From contig CAVNZM010000008.1 in NCBI GenBank assembly GCA_963693365.1, forward strand, positions 3,005,572 through 3,069,571: a DNA stretch of 64,000 nt, written 5' to 3'. This document shows, piece by piece, positions 1 to 36,762 of the stretch. The notes below the pieces were generated by a model. That model saw only the letters and a program-made list of their open reading frames with translations, searched no databases and was not told the DNA's origin. Source of the DNA: Amoebidium appalachense. Lineage: Eukaryota; Protista; Ichthyosporea. The position numbers and the translations under genes are program-made. How positions within the stretch are numbered: the stretch's first letter is position 1; each line of letters starts with the position of its first letter.

Positions 1-43
1 TGAGGCAGAGTATGTGGCCCCCCCCTCCCCCCCCCCCCCCTTC

Positions 44-208
44 CTCCTTGAGGATGGGCTTTGCTTATGTTGCATACTGCGCGTGTTGCTGATGTTGCAT
101 ACTTGGATGTTTGTCTTTGCATGTGTCGTGCACAGTGTTTCTCACCGTGCAGTTTACTTATTCCGTCGGCGCATTGTAACCAAACCTGTCCTCCCCCCTC
201 CCCCCACC

Positions 209-247
<39 letters not shown>

Positions 248-484
248 TCCACCACCTCCCCCCCCCCCCCTTTATTTCCCTTGATGCATACTCTTCTTTT
301 GCACAAAGTCTGTGTTGTGTTGTCCGTCGCAAAATGTGCTTCTTGATCTATAACGCATTCAACCCCCCCCCCCCCCCCCCCTCCCGAGGGTGGGACCTGC
401 GTAATGTGCATACACTTTATGTGTGGTTTGCACTCTGTATGGTGTTGTCTGTTTTGATGGTGTACTTCGTATTTAGTAACACAT
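44..484 (+). mobile_element. Cluster of three diverged fragments of the poly-C-anchored repeat (~44-185, ~283-362, ~383-484)
   Basis: TTGAGGATGGGCTTTGCTTATG.., ..CGCATTCAA plus a C-run, and CCCGAGGGTGGGACCTGC..GTGTACTTCGTA, separated by C tracts. Confidence 0.7.
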
Positions 485-595
485 ATCTGTTTTCAACTAC
501 CCGCGGCCGTTGGATACCTTCCCTTGTGTGCATGCTAGTTTTTTTGATGTTGCACCATGCTGTTTTTGTAAATTTTCTCTCTCCCTGTTCCTCCC

Positions 596-636
<41 letters not shown>

Positions 637-897
637 ACTTCTGGCTCTCTCCCTCTCTCTCTCCCCCCTGCCCCCACCCACCCACTTTCTCGCTCTCCCG
701 CTCCCTCTCCCCCTTCTTCTCTCCCTCCCCTATCCCCTCCCATTCTCTTCCCTTCTGCCCCTCCCCCTCCATCCCCCCATCCCCCCCTTTCCCCTTCTTG
801 CCGGTCACCTGAATAGCCACCGACACCACAACCACTAAGAGTATCCTCCACCCACCCACCCACCTCACAACCACCACGATCACTATCACCATTACAC

Positions 898-1085
<188 letters not shown>

Positions 1086-1439
1086 TGCACACGCACATGC
1101 GCGCACACACACACTCACGCACACACACACACACACGCACACACACGCGCGCACACAAACACACACACACTCACACACTCACACACGCACACACGCACAC
1201 ACGCACACGCACACACACGAACACAGGTATCGGCTTTCGTCAGGTACTTCCGAGAAGGTTCAAATGGGGGCACTGCTTGGCGCTTTCGTAAAAACTCGGG
1301 ACCTCGTCGTGGCTGCTGCAGATCAATAACACACACACGCACACACATGCGCGCACACACACACGCTCTGTGACACACACACGCACACACACGCACACAC
1401 ACATGCACACACACACACACACACACACGCACACACACA

Positions 1440-1558
<119 letters not shown>

Positions 1559-1913
1559 CTGTGGTAGTTGTGCGCACGAGGACACGTGTACACATTGGGC
1601 ATACACGCAGATCAAGCACGGACAGGCATGTTTCATTTATTCACTGAATCCAATTTACGGTTCTGTACATCCCAGACCACATCATCTGGATGTCGCACAC
1701 ATCTGTTCCAGCGACTAGAAATTTTAGTTAACCACCATGATATCGATTATGCAGCATACATGTAATAGTTCTACTGACGGGGCATGTGGCAGGTGCACAT
1801 GTGTGCAATTCGGGATGAACCACCTGACAGTGTTCGCCACGTGTGGCTTCCCTTTTCCTTTTTTTTTTCTTTTAATCTTTTAGGTGTGTGTGTTGTGGTG
1901 GTTGGGGGTGGGG

Positions 1914-1948
<35 letters not shown>

Positions 1949-1957
1949 GGGGGGGGG

Positions 1958-1997
<40 letters not shown>

Positions 1998-2193
1998 GAC
2001 CAATTTAAGTGAGGACCGTTCATGTGGTTGTATACATAGTTGTGCAGTGTGCACTTTAGGGCAGTGCCCGAATTCCAGTGGATACATATCATCACATGCC
2101 CAACACGTAATACTAGGAATATCTCAACTAAAGAAGGCCCGGTGCGCGCACGGTCCAGTGAGCTCGAACGAACGGTGGGGTGCACGCGCGCGC

Positions 2194-2224
<31 letters not shown>

Positions 2225-2233
2225 CGTGTACAC

Positions 2234-2266
<33 letters not shown>

Positions 2267-2571
2267 TACGTGTGACGTGTGTATGCGTGTGTGTGCGTGT
2301 GTGTGTGTGGCTGCCGATCGATCAGACTGAGAGGAGGGTGGTCGTGTGGGCAGCTGTGGGGTCAGTGTGACTCCCTCCGGCCAATCCGGAAACACAACGG
2401 AATCCACCGCATTCCGCAAAGCTAAAGCCAATCCCTGAGCGAATAAAAAGACCTGATATGGAAATGACGTCATTGTTTACAAAAGATCCGCTGACATGAT
2501 TGGTTCCCTTGTTTTGCTGATCTAACCGGGTAACGTGAGCCACTGGGCGCTAGCTAGCCGAGACAAGTACT

Positions 2572-2949
2572 GAGCCGCTTCGCGTGGATCTAAATATCTA
2601 AAGACTTGGCGAATTTAGCTAAATAGAGGACGAATGTCGTTCTCTAAATATCTAAAAGTCTGCTCGATTCGTGTAGAGCAGTTTAAAAACTAAATTATCT
2701 AGATCGTTGATCGCAATTCTATTGGATAAGAGATATTTAGGCGAGTTCCAAGAACCAATCGTCTCATCCCAGACATTTAGAAGACCCCCCCCCACCCCGT
2801 CTTCCAGATGCGCCCATCTGGAAGAGGGTCGAATCAATCTAGATTTTATGCAAACTTTAAAAAGATAACAGATTGATTGGATTGCGGCAAATTTATGCAC
2901 AAATTAACAATCTAGATATTTAGATATCTAGATCCACGCGAAGCGGCTC
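2572..2949. mobile_element. 378-bp MITE, PIF/Harbinger-like
   Basis: The TIR GAGCCGCTTCGCGTGGATCTA is perfect for 21 bp and extends to ~31 bp with 1 mismatch. A 3-bp direct repeat ACT flanks it (2569-2571 and 2950-2952). The interior is non-coding with repeated AGATATTTAG/CTAAATATCT motifs. Confidence 0.8.
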
Positions 2950-3748
2950 ACTAAGATCAAAAGAAAAGTGAACAGCCATGGACACATCCCTTCAGTACAG
3001 AAATCAAAACTTATATTAATAGGGTTACTTTTTTTGAGTAGTACCTGCACAAGCACACCTGAGAACAGACCGTGAAAAAGGAACTCAAGTATTGAGTAAA
3101 TATCCAAATTTGGCTTCGGCCACTTAAAAAGTGACATACCACTAGCCTTCACAGTTGCAACCAGTGGTTTTGTCACAACAACGAGCTCATGTTCCTGCTA
3201 GCATCCAATTAGAGGGTTATTCTGATCTGTACTAGCTGATAATATGCGCTGGTAATAATGGCGCGAGATATTCTACTTTTGCCCCACCAACGGCACCGGC
3301 TGTTCCTAGCAACCACCCTTGTCCTATTAGGTAAGCGTCTGCCATGAGATTTGGAGCGGAGGGTTGGTGGGGGATGTGGGGAATGGATTGGGGGTGGGGA
3401 GGGAGGGGGAGGCGGGGAGTAGTCTTTGCTTTTTGTGTAGATGCATGTGGCTACTTTGTTCCTAATCTTAGCATACACCGGGTTTGTGCGTACCCTTCCT
3501 GAAATTGTGGACACGGTGTACACGTTGGCATGTTGCGTTTCTGTTTGTTTTGAACTGTTTGTTCTTGTGAGGGGTATCAACCTTGTCGCTGTGAGTCCGT
3601 GATTCTTTAGCGTATGTGCGTGAGTTTATATGTGTGTTCACGTCCAGACGTATTTTGTGTTTTGTGTTAGCGTGTTCAAGGGTTTCACCACGACTATGGG
3701 TGCAAGCAGTAGGTGTACACACATCAACCTGATATGTGCACACATAAA

Positions 3749-27338
<23,590 letters not shown>

Positions 27339-27479
27339 GCCGTGTGGCTGGTGGATGATTGCTGAGAGCACTACTACATGCCAACAGAAGGCATGCATAC
27401 CTTGGACTGGACACTTATACTTATCCGTTCTTCGTTCACTTTTTTTTTATTTTTATTTTATTTTTTTTTTTGCGCGGGG

Positions 27480-27521
<42 letters not shown>

Positions 27522-28711
27522 GGTTGCATATGGTAGATCTCAGGTGGTAAAAAAATGCGACGTGAAAAAATAGTAGCTCTACACTCACATGTACATCACA
27601 TTAGCATTTTTGAAAATGATTCCCTAGAAACGCGATTGTGATTGAAAAGGCGAGAGACTAGTGTATACTATGGGGGCCGGTGAAAACATCACAGACCATA
27701 CATAGTTAACCTGTTAACGTACGGCAGCTCTTTTGGGTTGCATTGATAGGTTAAAGCCACACGTTGGATCTGGAAACCTAATTTAAAGGTAGCCACATTT
27801 AGTAAATAGTCTGCATATATTCTACAAGCTAGCTATCTTCTTCCCTCCTCTTCTGGTTTTTTTGTTTGCTTGGCCCTTGTTTCCCAAAGGGGAAATAGAA
27901 TTTCTAATGATTTCTGAAATTCAGGATTGGTGTTCGCACGTTATGTAATTACACACAGAAATAAGGGGTGGGTAGAGACACTGGTGCCTTTTGATAAACA
28001 AATAAAAAAATCTGAGCAATGCACCTCGACATTCAACGGTTATGTCCCTGATCTAAATACTTTCGGACCCAGCTTATCTATACTAGGAAACATGTGTGTT
28101 AATCATTGGTGGCCCGAAAACTAGGACCTGCCGGCCCCGAAACAAATTCAGACTGGAATCGGAGGAAAACACCGTTTGCGAGAACAATATGCAGATAATC
28201 ATTTGCAATGCGTGGATATATGTATTGTGTGGCACGTGCAGGTATGATCGTTTAGGTTGCGGGCGGGTGGGTGAGGTGTGTGGGTGGGCGTGTGTGTGTG
28301 TGTCACGGTGTGTGTGTACGTGCGTGTTTTATAATTGATGATTATGGGTGGGGCCACCCGGAAGGGTTGGGGGAGGTGGGGGGAGGGAGCCCGGGTCTTT
28401 GTATCAAGAAATTTGCAGGGGCTGGATGCGAGGGAGAGCTTCGAATCCAAACCGAGGCCAGCGCAGGGCTGCCTGAGGGCTGCATTTGATGACGGAATTT
28501 CAACTGGTGCTAAAAGCAGGTGTGTATCGTACCGCGGACAAATGAAGTGAGCGTGTACGGGGCCTCGGTATCAATTCTTTTTGGGTGTTTAGGCGGCGTT
28601 GGCGGGGAGGATGGAGGAGGAGGAGGGAAGGAGGGGAAAGGGGGGAGGGGGGAGGGGAGGGGAGGGGGGAGCAGGGGGGGGGGGGGGGGGGGGGGGGAGG
28701 GGGGGGGAGGG

Positions 28712-28849
28712 TTTAATGCGCTGTTAGGTACGAAGAACACTTAATTAAAAACAACAGGCAACACGATGCAGAGTAGAAAGCGCACATTATAAAGAGTATG
28801 CATAATAAGCAGAGCCCACAATGATCCTCAAGGGGGCCACGTCATCCAC
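28712..28849 (-). mobile_element. Poly-C-anchored repeat, subfamily 1 fragment on the minus strand
   Basis: The reverse complement reads GTGGATGACGTGGCCCCCTTGAGGAT..GGGCTCTGCTTATTATGCATACTCTTTAT..GCGCATTAAA and runs into the plus-strand G tract. Confidence 0.8.
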
Positions 28850-29707
28850 CAGAGAGAGAGAGAGGGGGGGGGGGCATTACATACCGTCACAGGCTGGCTA
28901 AGTGCGTGAGCGTGGGATCAATACACGCATGTGTGGTTGTGCTAACACATACGTGTTTGGATTTGAGTTTGAGAGGAAGGGGGGTGGAGTAGGAGGAGGT
29001 GGAGAGAGAGAGTGTGTGTGTGTGTGTGTGTGTGGGAGGGGGGGGAGGGGGGGAGCTCGGGGCTGGGAGGGGGGCTCACTCAATAGATAATTGCAGTATT
29101 TTCATTCTGTAACACACTTTCTAAGTTTGAAGTCTCCAAACAATGCCTGGGTGCATTAACCGCGCTTAAAGGTATGTCCATCCATGCAAAGCTTGTATGA
29201 CTCGACTACTGTCTATAAACTCAAAACAGGAGAACAGGTTTAGCTCACACGGATAACTGCTGACCCACAGACCTATGTAACTTGTTATCAAGAGAACGTA
29301 AAGCTCAGATAGAAAACGAGGGTGGAGACTCTCAGCTATGGGAATTCAAGGCCAAGAAGGGAGAAAGGAAAGGATCGGGGGAAGTGGGTGAGGGGAGGGG
29401 AGGGGGGGAGGAGGGGGGGGGGGGGGGGGGGGGAAGAGAGGGAGGCTACGTGGGCGTATATTCGTGTTTGCGTGTGTGAGTGCTTTTACTACTAAGCGGG
29501 CTGGCTCAAGGCCCGGCCGTAAACAACCATTATCATTTTACAACATGCTTTCATCACAGAAGAGGAGAAGTGCCCATGAATTCATCAGCTTCCCCTTCAC
29601 TTAGCTTCATTCCTATACACCAATGCTGACTTCAGAAGCGTTCACCACTCGAGCTTTCCACCAAACCATGTTTAGTGTTTATGCTTCCGAGTTCTCAAAA
29701 CCTACAT

Positions 29708-30481
29708 CTATGTTCTAAGATAAGATGCACCGTTCACATCCACTATGCATCCAGTCAAAAACTCTGTCTCCTTTGTCGCCAAAAACAGTGCCGTTTTTGC
29801 GATGTCCTCCGGCCTAGCCACCCTTCCCAGCGGGCTCTGGTTTCTTATCTCATCTCCGCTTGGTCCGTTCAAAATAACGGCAGCCATGTCGGTCTCCACA
29901 AATCCCGGTGCTACTGTTTGGACGAAGATATTGTGCCCACCAAGCGCTTTTGCAAGCGATTGACCCCATGCATTCATCCCTGCCTTGCTTGCACCATAAG
30001 CTGGGGCATCTGGTTCCCCCCTGAACGCACCGCGGGATGAAATGTTCACTACACGACCCCCCCTTCCTTGGGCCATCCAGTGGCGGGCAAAGCAGTAAGT
30101 GAGATGTGCGGGCCCGATCAAGTTTGCGTTGATGGTGCTCTCCCAAGACTTGTGCCACTCTTCGAAGGATGAAGTGGCCACCGGGTGAAACTCGTATATG
30201 CCCGCGTTGTTAATGAGGATGTCAATGTCGGGGTTCTGCGCAAAAAGCTTGTCGCAAATTTTCTTGATGGACGCGAGCTGGGTCAGGTCGGCCTGGAACA
30301 AGACGTGTCCCGTTCCTTTAAGGCTGCTTAAAGTCTCGTTTGCAGCTGCTACGTTGCCCTTGTAGTGGACGATGACTTTGGCGCCTGCCTCAGCAAAGAG
30401 TTGTGCGATTTCACGGCCAATGCCGCGGGATGCACCCGTAACGAGCACGGTCTTGCCGCTGAAGTCGAAACGGGTGTTCAT
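29708..30481 (-). CDS. Classical short-chain dehydrogenase/reductase (FabG-like), intronless, 257 aa
   Basis: Uninterrupted ORF from MNTRFDFSGK with TGASRGIG (Rossmann fold), NNAG, catalytic YGASK, VAPGFVETDM and the C-terminus VDVNGASYLRT*. Confidence 0.93.
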   Translation of the reverse strand: MNTRFDFSGKTVLVTGASRGIGREIAQLFAEAGAKVIVHYKGNVAAANETLSSLKGTGHVLFQADLTQLASIKKICDKLFAQNPDIDILINNAGIYEFHPVATSSFEEWHKSWESTINANLIGPAHLTYCFARHWMAQGRGGRVVNISSRGAFRGEPDAPAYGASKAGMNAWGQSLAKALGGHNIFVQTVAPGFVETDMAAVILNGPSGDEIRNQSPLGRVARPEDIAKTALFLATKETEFLTGCIVDVNGASYLRT

Positions 30482-30631
30482 TTTTGGGGTGGAAGGCCTT
30501 GCAGTGGGCAACCAGTTTGTGTTGGGTGGACAGAAGGGTTCTGCTTTACAGTGAAGTCTCTCTCCCTCCGAGCTCTCACCTGGGAGTCCCGGGCCCTTTT
30601 TGGTGGCTGACCTGGCTGGCGCTAGCTGCTG

Positions 30632-32337
30632 CAAGGCCTCCTTATCACCCGGGCCTGGAAAAGGAGGGGTGCGAATCGGAATGCAAAAATGGAACAGGCC
30701 GGGTTGAGAGATCGATCGAATGGGTGAGTCATATCCGTCGAGAAGAGCTCCGACGCGGTCGCTGCAAAGACTTGTCGGCATCGCGTGCATGCATGCGCAT
30801 GCGGCCGGAGCGGGTGTGGTTGTGTTCCATCCCAGGGTGGGGTGGGTGGAGGTTGGGGAGTTGGTTTGACCATTTTGTTGGGGCCTTATTCCGTTTTCGC
30901 ATAGGTAGCGGCCCCCCGTGAGATCCAAAGCCAACGACTGAGCCTGCCTACTAATTAGTAATGATTAGCAGAACTGTTCAGCAAGGGGGCGGGGGGAGGG
31001 GGGGGGGGGGGGGGGGGGAGGGGGGGGGGGTGAGGGAGGGCGGGGGAAGGGGGCAGCTGAGCACCAGAGGCTTCGGCTGCCATGCCGGCACACACATACT
31101 CCGTAAACAAATACAAGTGCATATGCTCTCACTTTCAGTACCTATTGAGTAAAGCGCTAGCGAGTGAGAGATTGTGAAACGACACATGCCCACGCCGGAC
31201 ACACACAACCTTCGAATTCAGGAAGACACAAACGCAGTGAGCTCGCACGCGCGCACACCCAAACTATACTACACCGACAACGACAATACCCAACCACGTA
31301 CGCACAAGTAAGTAGTTCAAGTAGCACATACTCACGCCCACACGACGCGCCCGCATACACTGTGCGTCAGACACACAAACACATAACAACGCCCCGCGCA
31401 CAGACATACACACCATGAGCACGAACAAGTTTTTGCTAGAATAATGTTGAAGTTTGCTCATCACGAATATGTGAAGAAAAAGTTGGTAGCTTAAGTGGTG
31501 GGAAGGGAGGACGGAGAGACAAAAAGATAACGGTTTTGGAAGAAGGGACCCATGACCGTCAATGAGAGATGCGGTGGGGCTCGTAAACAGCAAACCACAC
31601 GCTTAGCTGGAGAAGGTAAGAAGGGGGAGACACACTAACCAAGCACGCTGGCACCCTTCCCCCTGTTAATGTGGGGGAGGAGGGGGGGGGGGGGGGAGGG
31701 GGGGGGGGGGAGGCTCTCAGAGGTTCAGTTTCTTCCTGCTGCCACCCCTCCCCTCCCCCCTTTGCAATGAGACTTTTATCTTAACGTATCTAAAACCCGC
31801 CACCCACTTTACGTGTGTTTGTTGAAAAGAGGTTCAAACCACTTGTACACGAGCACATCGTTCTTGCCCTTCCGGGCTCAGAGGCGAAGTTGGGCTGGCA
31901 GCCGCAAACACTTCACTGACTTGAGTGAGCTGACATTTCTACCACTCGAGACTCAAAAAACCTACACAAAGAAATAAGTTTATGGAATACAAATGTAATT
32001 GGGGTCTCTCTCATAAGAATAAAAGCATTAACACTCAAGCTTTTACACAAAATGCGCCATCGGCATATACACCAACGAAACACGAAAGTCAACGAAACAC
32101 AAAAGTAAAACGTTAAAAATTTAAAAACAGTTGAAAAGTCGAAGCGGCGATTGGCTAATATTCCCGCCAAAACCGGCCTGTTACTATTTGTGGAACAGGC
32201 CTCTGATTTCTGATGCTATTTTCGGAACAGGCCGGGTGCAGACATCATTTCGGGTCAGGCCGGAGTAGGCCTGACCTGGATTTCAGCATCAGATCGTGAC
32301 GTTTCCGTTTCCAGGCCCGGGTGATAAGGAGGCCTTG
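30632..32337. mobile_element. Non-autonomous hAT-like DNA transposon (1706 bp)
   Basis: Perfect 30-bp TIR CAAGGCCTCCTTATCACCCGGGCCTGGAAA (30632-30661 and reverse complement 32308-32337), starting with the hAT-type YARNG. Flanked by an 8-bp near-duplication AGCTGCTG/AGCTGCTT. Subterminal GGAACAGGCC motifs at ~30691, 32192 and 32224, inverted at ~32173. No transposase ORF. Confidence 0.82.
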
Positions 32338-32427
32338 AGCTGCTTGCGCTGATGTCAGAGGCTGAGCCGCCTGCAATCCCCCTAGCTCATAATATTTCAT
32401 ATATTTCATTTCTGCACAGTTTGAAGA

Positions 32428-33550
32428 TTTTTTTTTTAATGACTTTATTGATATGCTCAGCAAAATAGAAGCCATCGAGATATCACCGATATCTCGGAGA
32501 AGAAAATACAAAAGCCCTCACTCTCGGATACGGAGGAGATAACGACTTAAATAATCATACACCCTAGAAAACTCGTTAAACATACCGTGGTTCAACAGAT
32601 AGTCAATAGACGTTAGATCAGGATTATCTAAATAAGCCAGTCTTCTAATTTCTGACGGAATATCTGGAGATAAATAAATACATCTATCTAAGTGTTTACG
32701 AGAAAGGTTTCTGCACAAAAGTGGCACAATTATTTATGGAAACAAAGGTTACAGCGCCAAAATAAACATTTCCAAGCTATATCACAAGGAGGGGTTAGAA
32801 TTGCAAAATCGGTAAGTGTGGTAGGTTTACGAGAGGAAGGGTAAGGTAAATATAAGTAGCTAATTTACCGTGACAACGATTGTAAAGAAAATAGACGAGT
32901 CTCTAATATAAAAAGAAGCACAGGCTCAAGAGCCCTACCATGATACTCTTTATCACAACGATGAAGCAAAGGATATTGAGTATGAAACCAAGTAACATAC
33001 TGCTGATAACTAGTAGAAGAGAAAAATAAAGGAGATAAGTATTTAAAAGGATATCTCGGAATGGGAGAGAGATTGGGGATAGGTCATTTCGCACGAACAA
33101 TAGAAATGCCGGGAACAGGTGCTAAAGAAGGAAAGAATTGCAACAAAGGATGATAAGAAGGAAGCCTAACCAAATGAAAACAAAAGCGAACTCCTAATTC
33201 ATTCATACGCTGGCGCGCCGGAGGGAGACCAAAAACACTCAGCAAGGGAGCCGCCAAAGGATGCCTACGCGAGGTTCGAGAAATAAACTGGATGAATTCA
33301 CGCTGAAAGGAATCGAATTCCCGAAGAGCCGCGCGCTGTTGCCGTGGAGGGGCACACAAGAGTAACGGGAGGCCATATTCGAAACATGGACGAAGAAAAA
33401 CTTTTTAAAGAGTGAGCAAATTGGCAGGATGAATATTAGAGATATTTGCGAATATTCCTTGATAGATATGTAAGCGATCACGCGCACGAGAGATGCGCGA
33501 AGTCAAAAGGCGCTCAAACCAGATACCCTTAAAGGTGAAAGGAAGATATT
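32428..33550 (-). mobile_element. 5'-truncated, decayed non-LTR retrotransposon (LINE) fragment
   Basis: The minus strand reads KYLPFTFKGIWFE..ISRARDRL..LLTL*KVFLRPCFEYGL, the post-RT 'LYK.F.RP.LEYG' motif of LINE ORF2, with stops and frameshifts. The 3' end has AATAAA (32449-32444) followed by A10 (32437-32428). Confidence 0.7.
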
Positions 33551-34226
33551 TTTTTCAGTTAGAATTTACTTTTTGACGTCGTTTCATGCAGATTATAGGA
33601 TAATAGTATAAGCAATTAACCCTCCCAAAAAAATAAAATTAAATATGGCTTTTAGCTAACTTAAAACAAATGGGCATATGTTAGCCGCTAAGCAACAAGC
33701 TACCTTCAAGAATAGATAGATGAAAGAAAAAAGGTTGCCTGCGTACCCTCGGACGAGCAAGGGGGATTCCCGCCAAAAAATTGAGTCCACCAATCAATCG
33801 CTAAGAGATTCGGGTCAATCACGCCATCGACCCGGTCATGAGAGGAATGTAGCAGCGATGACAAAAGAGCGAGAAATAAGCCGAGGAACAAAAAAAAAGT
33901 GAGACGGAGACTTCAAGTGTGACAGAAGACAGACAGAACAGACAGACTCGGCTTTTCTGGACCACAAACGTGCAAGAAAATAAAGGATTAGCAAATTTTC
34001 CCTAGCATTTGCAAGTGATCCCTGAACCTACGCGATTTGTTTACTTTCCATCGCACGTTATTTTCTCATGCATATGATTCAACGTTCGAGCTTCGGCCGC
34101 ATGGCTAACTTGAAACCAGAACCAACACATCACGTCTTCACTTTTGACCCTCTTCAGAAGCCGCCGAGAACAACCCTTTGACTGCATGGAAGCCCACAAA
34201 GATCCGCATAAAATTTGACCTCAAAA

Positions 34227-34717
34227 ATGGCGCACACACAAGAACACCCCACCACACCTACACCAACGTCAGCGACAGACTCATCAACACACACGTTCGA
34301 CTCGCTTGAATCAGACCCTGTTTCCACACTCACTTTGCCACAGAGCATATACCTGTTGTGCCTTGTAGACCACAGCGGCACGGTGTGTCCGTTGGTCAAC
34401 TTCAAAAGATGCATGTGTGAAGCTGCACTGGCGGACCTGGCAATATCCGGCCACATTGGATTAGGCCCTGGTTTGTTGCCCCTCCCTCCACTTTTTCCTT
34501 TCCATGCTGCTGGGGTACTCCAACTCCTTGCCCCCCTCCCCCCCCTCCTCCCTCTCTCCCCTTTCTATGTACAATTGCCCCGAAATGGTTGACACAAGTA
34601 ATTTCTATAACCCCGCTTTTTCTCGTTCTACCCCCCCCCCCCCCTCTCTATCCCCCCCCCCCCCCCCCCCCCCCCCCCCTAGCGGCTACATGCCCCTCCC
34701 ACAAAACATAAAAGCCG

Positions 34718-34750
<33 letters not shown>

Positions 34751-36136
34751 TCCTCCCTCCCCCCTCGCCCCCCTAGCCCCCTGTCTGTATCCCTCCCCTC
34801 CACGTCGCTTCCCTTTTTACCTTCCGCCTTTTCCCCCTTGTTGTCGGCCTACTGTTTGTATGCATGCATGGATCTGTGCCCATCGATTCCGGCAAGCAAA
34901 GCCACACTGTCCGACAGTGCCACGGGCTTGAACGAAAATGCTAAAGAATATAATGCCTGACTTCACATAGCATAGTTAATTTTATTTGCGTTTTAGCCGT
35001 CAATTTTATTTGCGTTTTAGCCGTCATCATTGTGTTTCCGCCTTCCCCTTGATCTTGAAGCCACTGCCCCTCCTTCTCCCCCCTTCCCCCCCCCCCCCCC
35101 CTCCCCCCCCCCCCCCCCCCCGGCTCTCTCCGCCTTTCTTTCCGTGCCATTTGCAGAACATTTTTTGATTTTTTTTGTTCGTTGCGATACTGGGGTCAGA
35201 TTAACTGATTCCTATGCTCCTCAGATGGTCCGGTCCGCCTTCCCCTTGATCTTGAAGCCACTGCCTCTCCTTCTCCCCCTCCCCCCCCCCCCCCCCCCGG
35301 CTCTCTCCGCCTTTCTTTCCGTGCCATTTGCAGAACATCTTTTGCGATACTGGGGTCAGATTAACTGATTCCTATGCTCCTCAGATGGCCGAGTGGTGGT
35401 GCTGAATCCAAACCCCGTTCATGACGATGTTCTTGACGAGATTCTGGACAAGATACTCTACTTCACCAAGCCGCTAGAGCCAGCTTCCTCGTTGTCAAGC
35501 AGCCAGCTACAAAAATACGACAGCACAAACCAGCCTACCGGTGAAAATCCGAAAGCAAAGTCAAACTCCAAGGAGCCACATGACACGTTTGCCACGAAGG
35601 AAGCAGTTCATGTTCCCGAGAGGATTTTCGCACAAGAAGTTGACGATTTGGGTTTGGTGATGCCTCGTTCTTCTACTGAATGGATAAACGCACTTACCGG
35701 CAGCTCTTTATCAGCGCTAAGCACAAACCCACTCCCAATAGAAAATCCAAGAGACAGAATCATGCAGCAGTTGGGGGATTTGGGAATCTTGGGTACAGAT
35801 GAGAGGGCTTATGTCTTTGGAGTGCCGTTGGGGTTGAAAGCGGTGAGACCTCTAAGGCGCCGGCTGGTGAAAGACATGCTCAGAGAGCAGTTAGATACGT
35901 TTGCAGAGGGACAGACATATGCACAGAATGCAACGAAACTGGAGGCGTTGTTTCTGTTGCTTGTACGATTGAGAATGAGAAACCCACGCTTGGTAGATGC
36001 TTGGCGTCAAGACAAGACCATTGGGCAGCTGTATTATGAGAGATGGCAGTTTTTCCAGAAAAGACCCTTTCCGTCTTTGCAAGAGGAGAGCAGGCAGAGG
36101 CAGCTACTGTATTCCCTGCTGAGCGTTCCTCTATAG
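34227..36136 (+). CDS. GPP34/GOLPH3/Vps74-family protein (2 exons)
   Basis: Exon 1 (34227-34470) encodes LTLPQSIYLLCL..AALADLAISGHI. It splices GT-AG in phase 1 to exon 2 (35385-36136), GRVVVLNPNPVHDDVLDEILDKI. This fits the GPP34 pattern LTLxEELLLL..LxELALxGRI..V..PTGDxLLDEAL. The C-terminal half is divergent. Confidence 0.7.
35037..35388 (+). repeat. Tandem duplication of the intron 3' end, including the acceptor
   Basis: TCCGCCTTCCCCTTGATCTTGAAGCC..CTATGCTCCTCAGATGG occurs twice, with AG ending at 35224 and 35384. Confidence 0.9.
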
Positions 36137-36719
36137 TAATTATTGATCAAAGTGTACAGATGTATGCATAGTAGTGCAAAGTGAGAGTGCAATTTTAGTG
36201 ATGTTTGATCCGTGTATTCAGTATCTGTTGTGGTGTATTTATAAGTCAATGATAGTTGTATATACGAGCATACTCAGTGAAAAGTGTGCTCTGTTTGAGC
36301 CTTGGTGTGCACGGGTTTCTTTGATATTGTAGTTTTCTTACATAGTGCACGTGCACCCCTTCCCAGCAACTGCCCGGGCACGAGCACAAACAAGCACACG
36401 TAAGTATGCATGAAGCCCATCCTACGCTTTCATGTGTAGGCCAAAAATAAATCGTCGAGATGATTTCCACACCTGGGACCTGGGAAGTAAGCATATATGA
36501 TCATACTACGCACACATGCGCACACTGTTCGACAACACACATCATAGTGACTGTTTGCAAACGCTGGATGCCCATATGTAAAATGGTGAAAGAAGAGAGG
36601 CTGGGCCGTTGTACGCTTGTGCGCGTGTTAGCGGGAAGGAAGGAAGGAAATTGGTGGGGATCATCGGGCCGGAGCGCTCGAAGTGGTAACCCACCCACAC
36701 CCCGTGCACGGCACTCGAC

Positions 36720-36762
<43 letters not shown>

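Noticed and set aside
30482-30934. 151-aa N-terminal extension of the SDR ORF
   Set aside because: It has a non-ATG start, no recognisable domain, and reads through the hAT-like element end. The ATG at 30481 fits SDR length.
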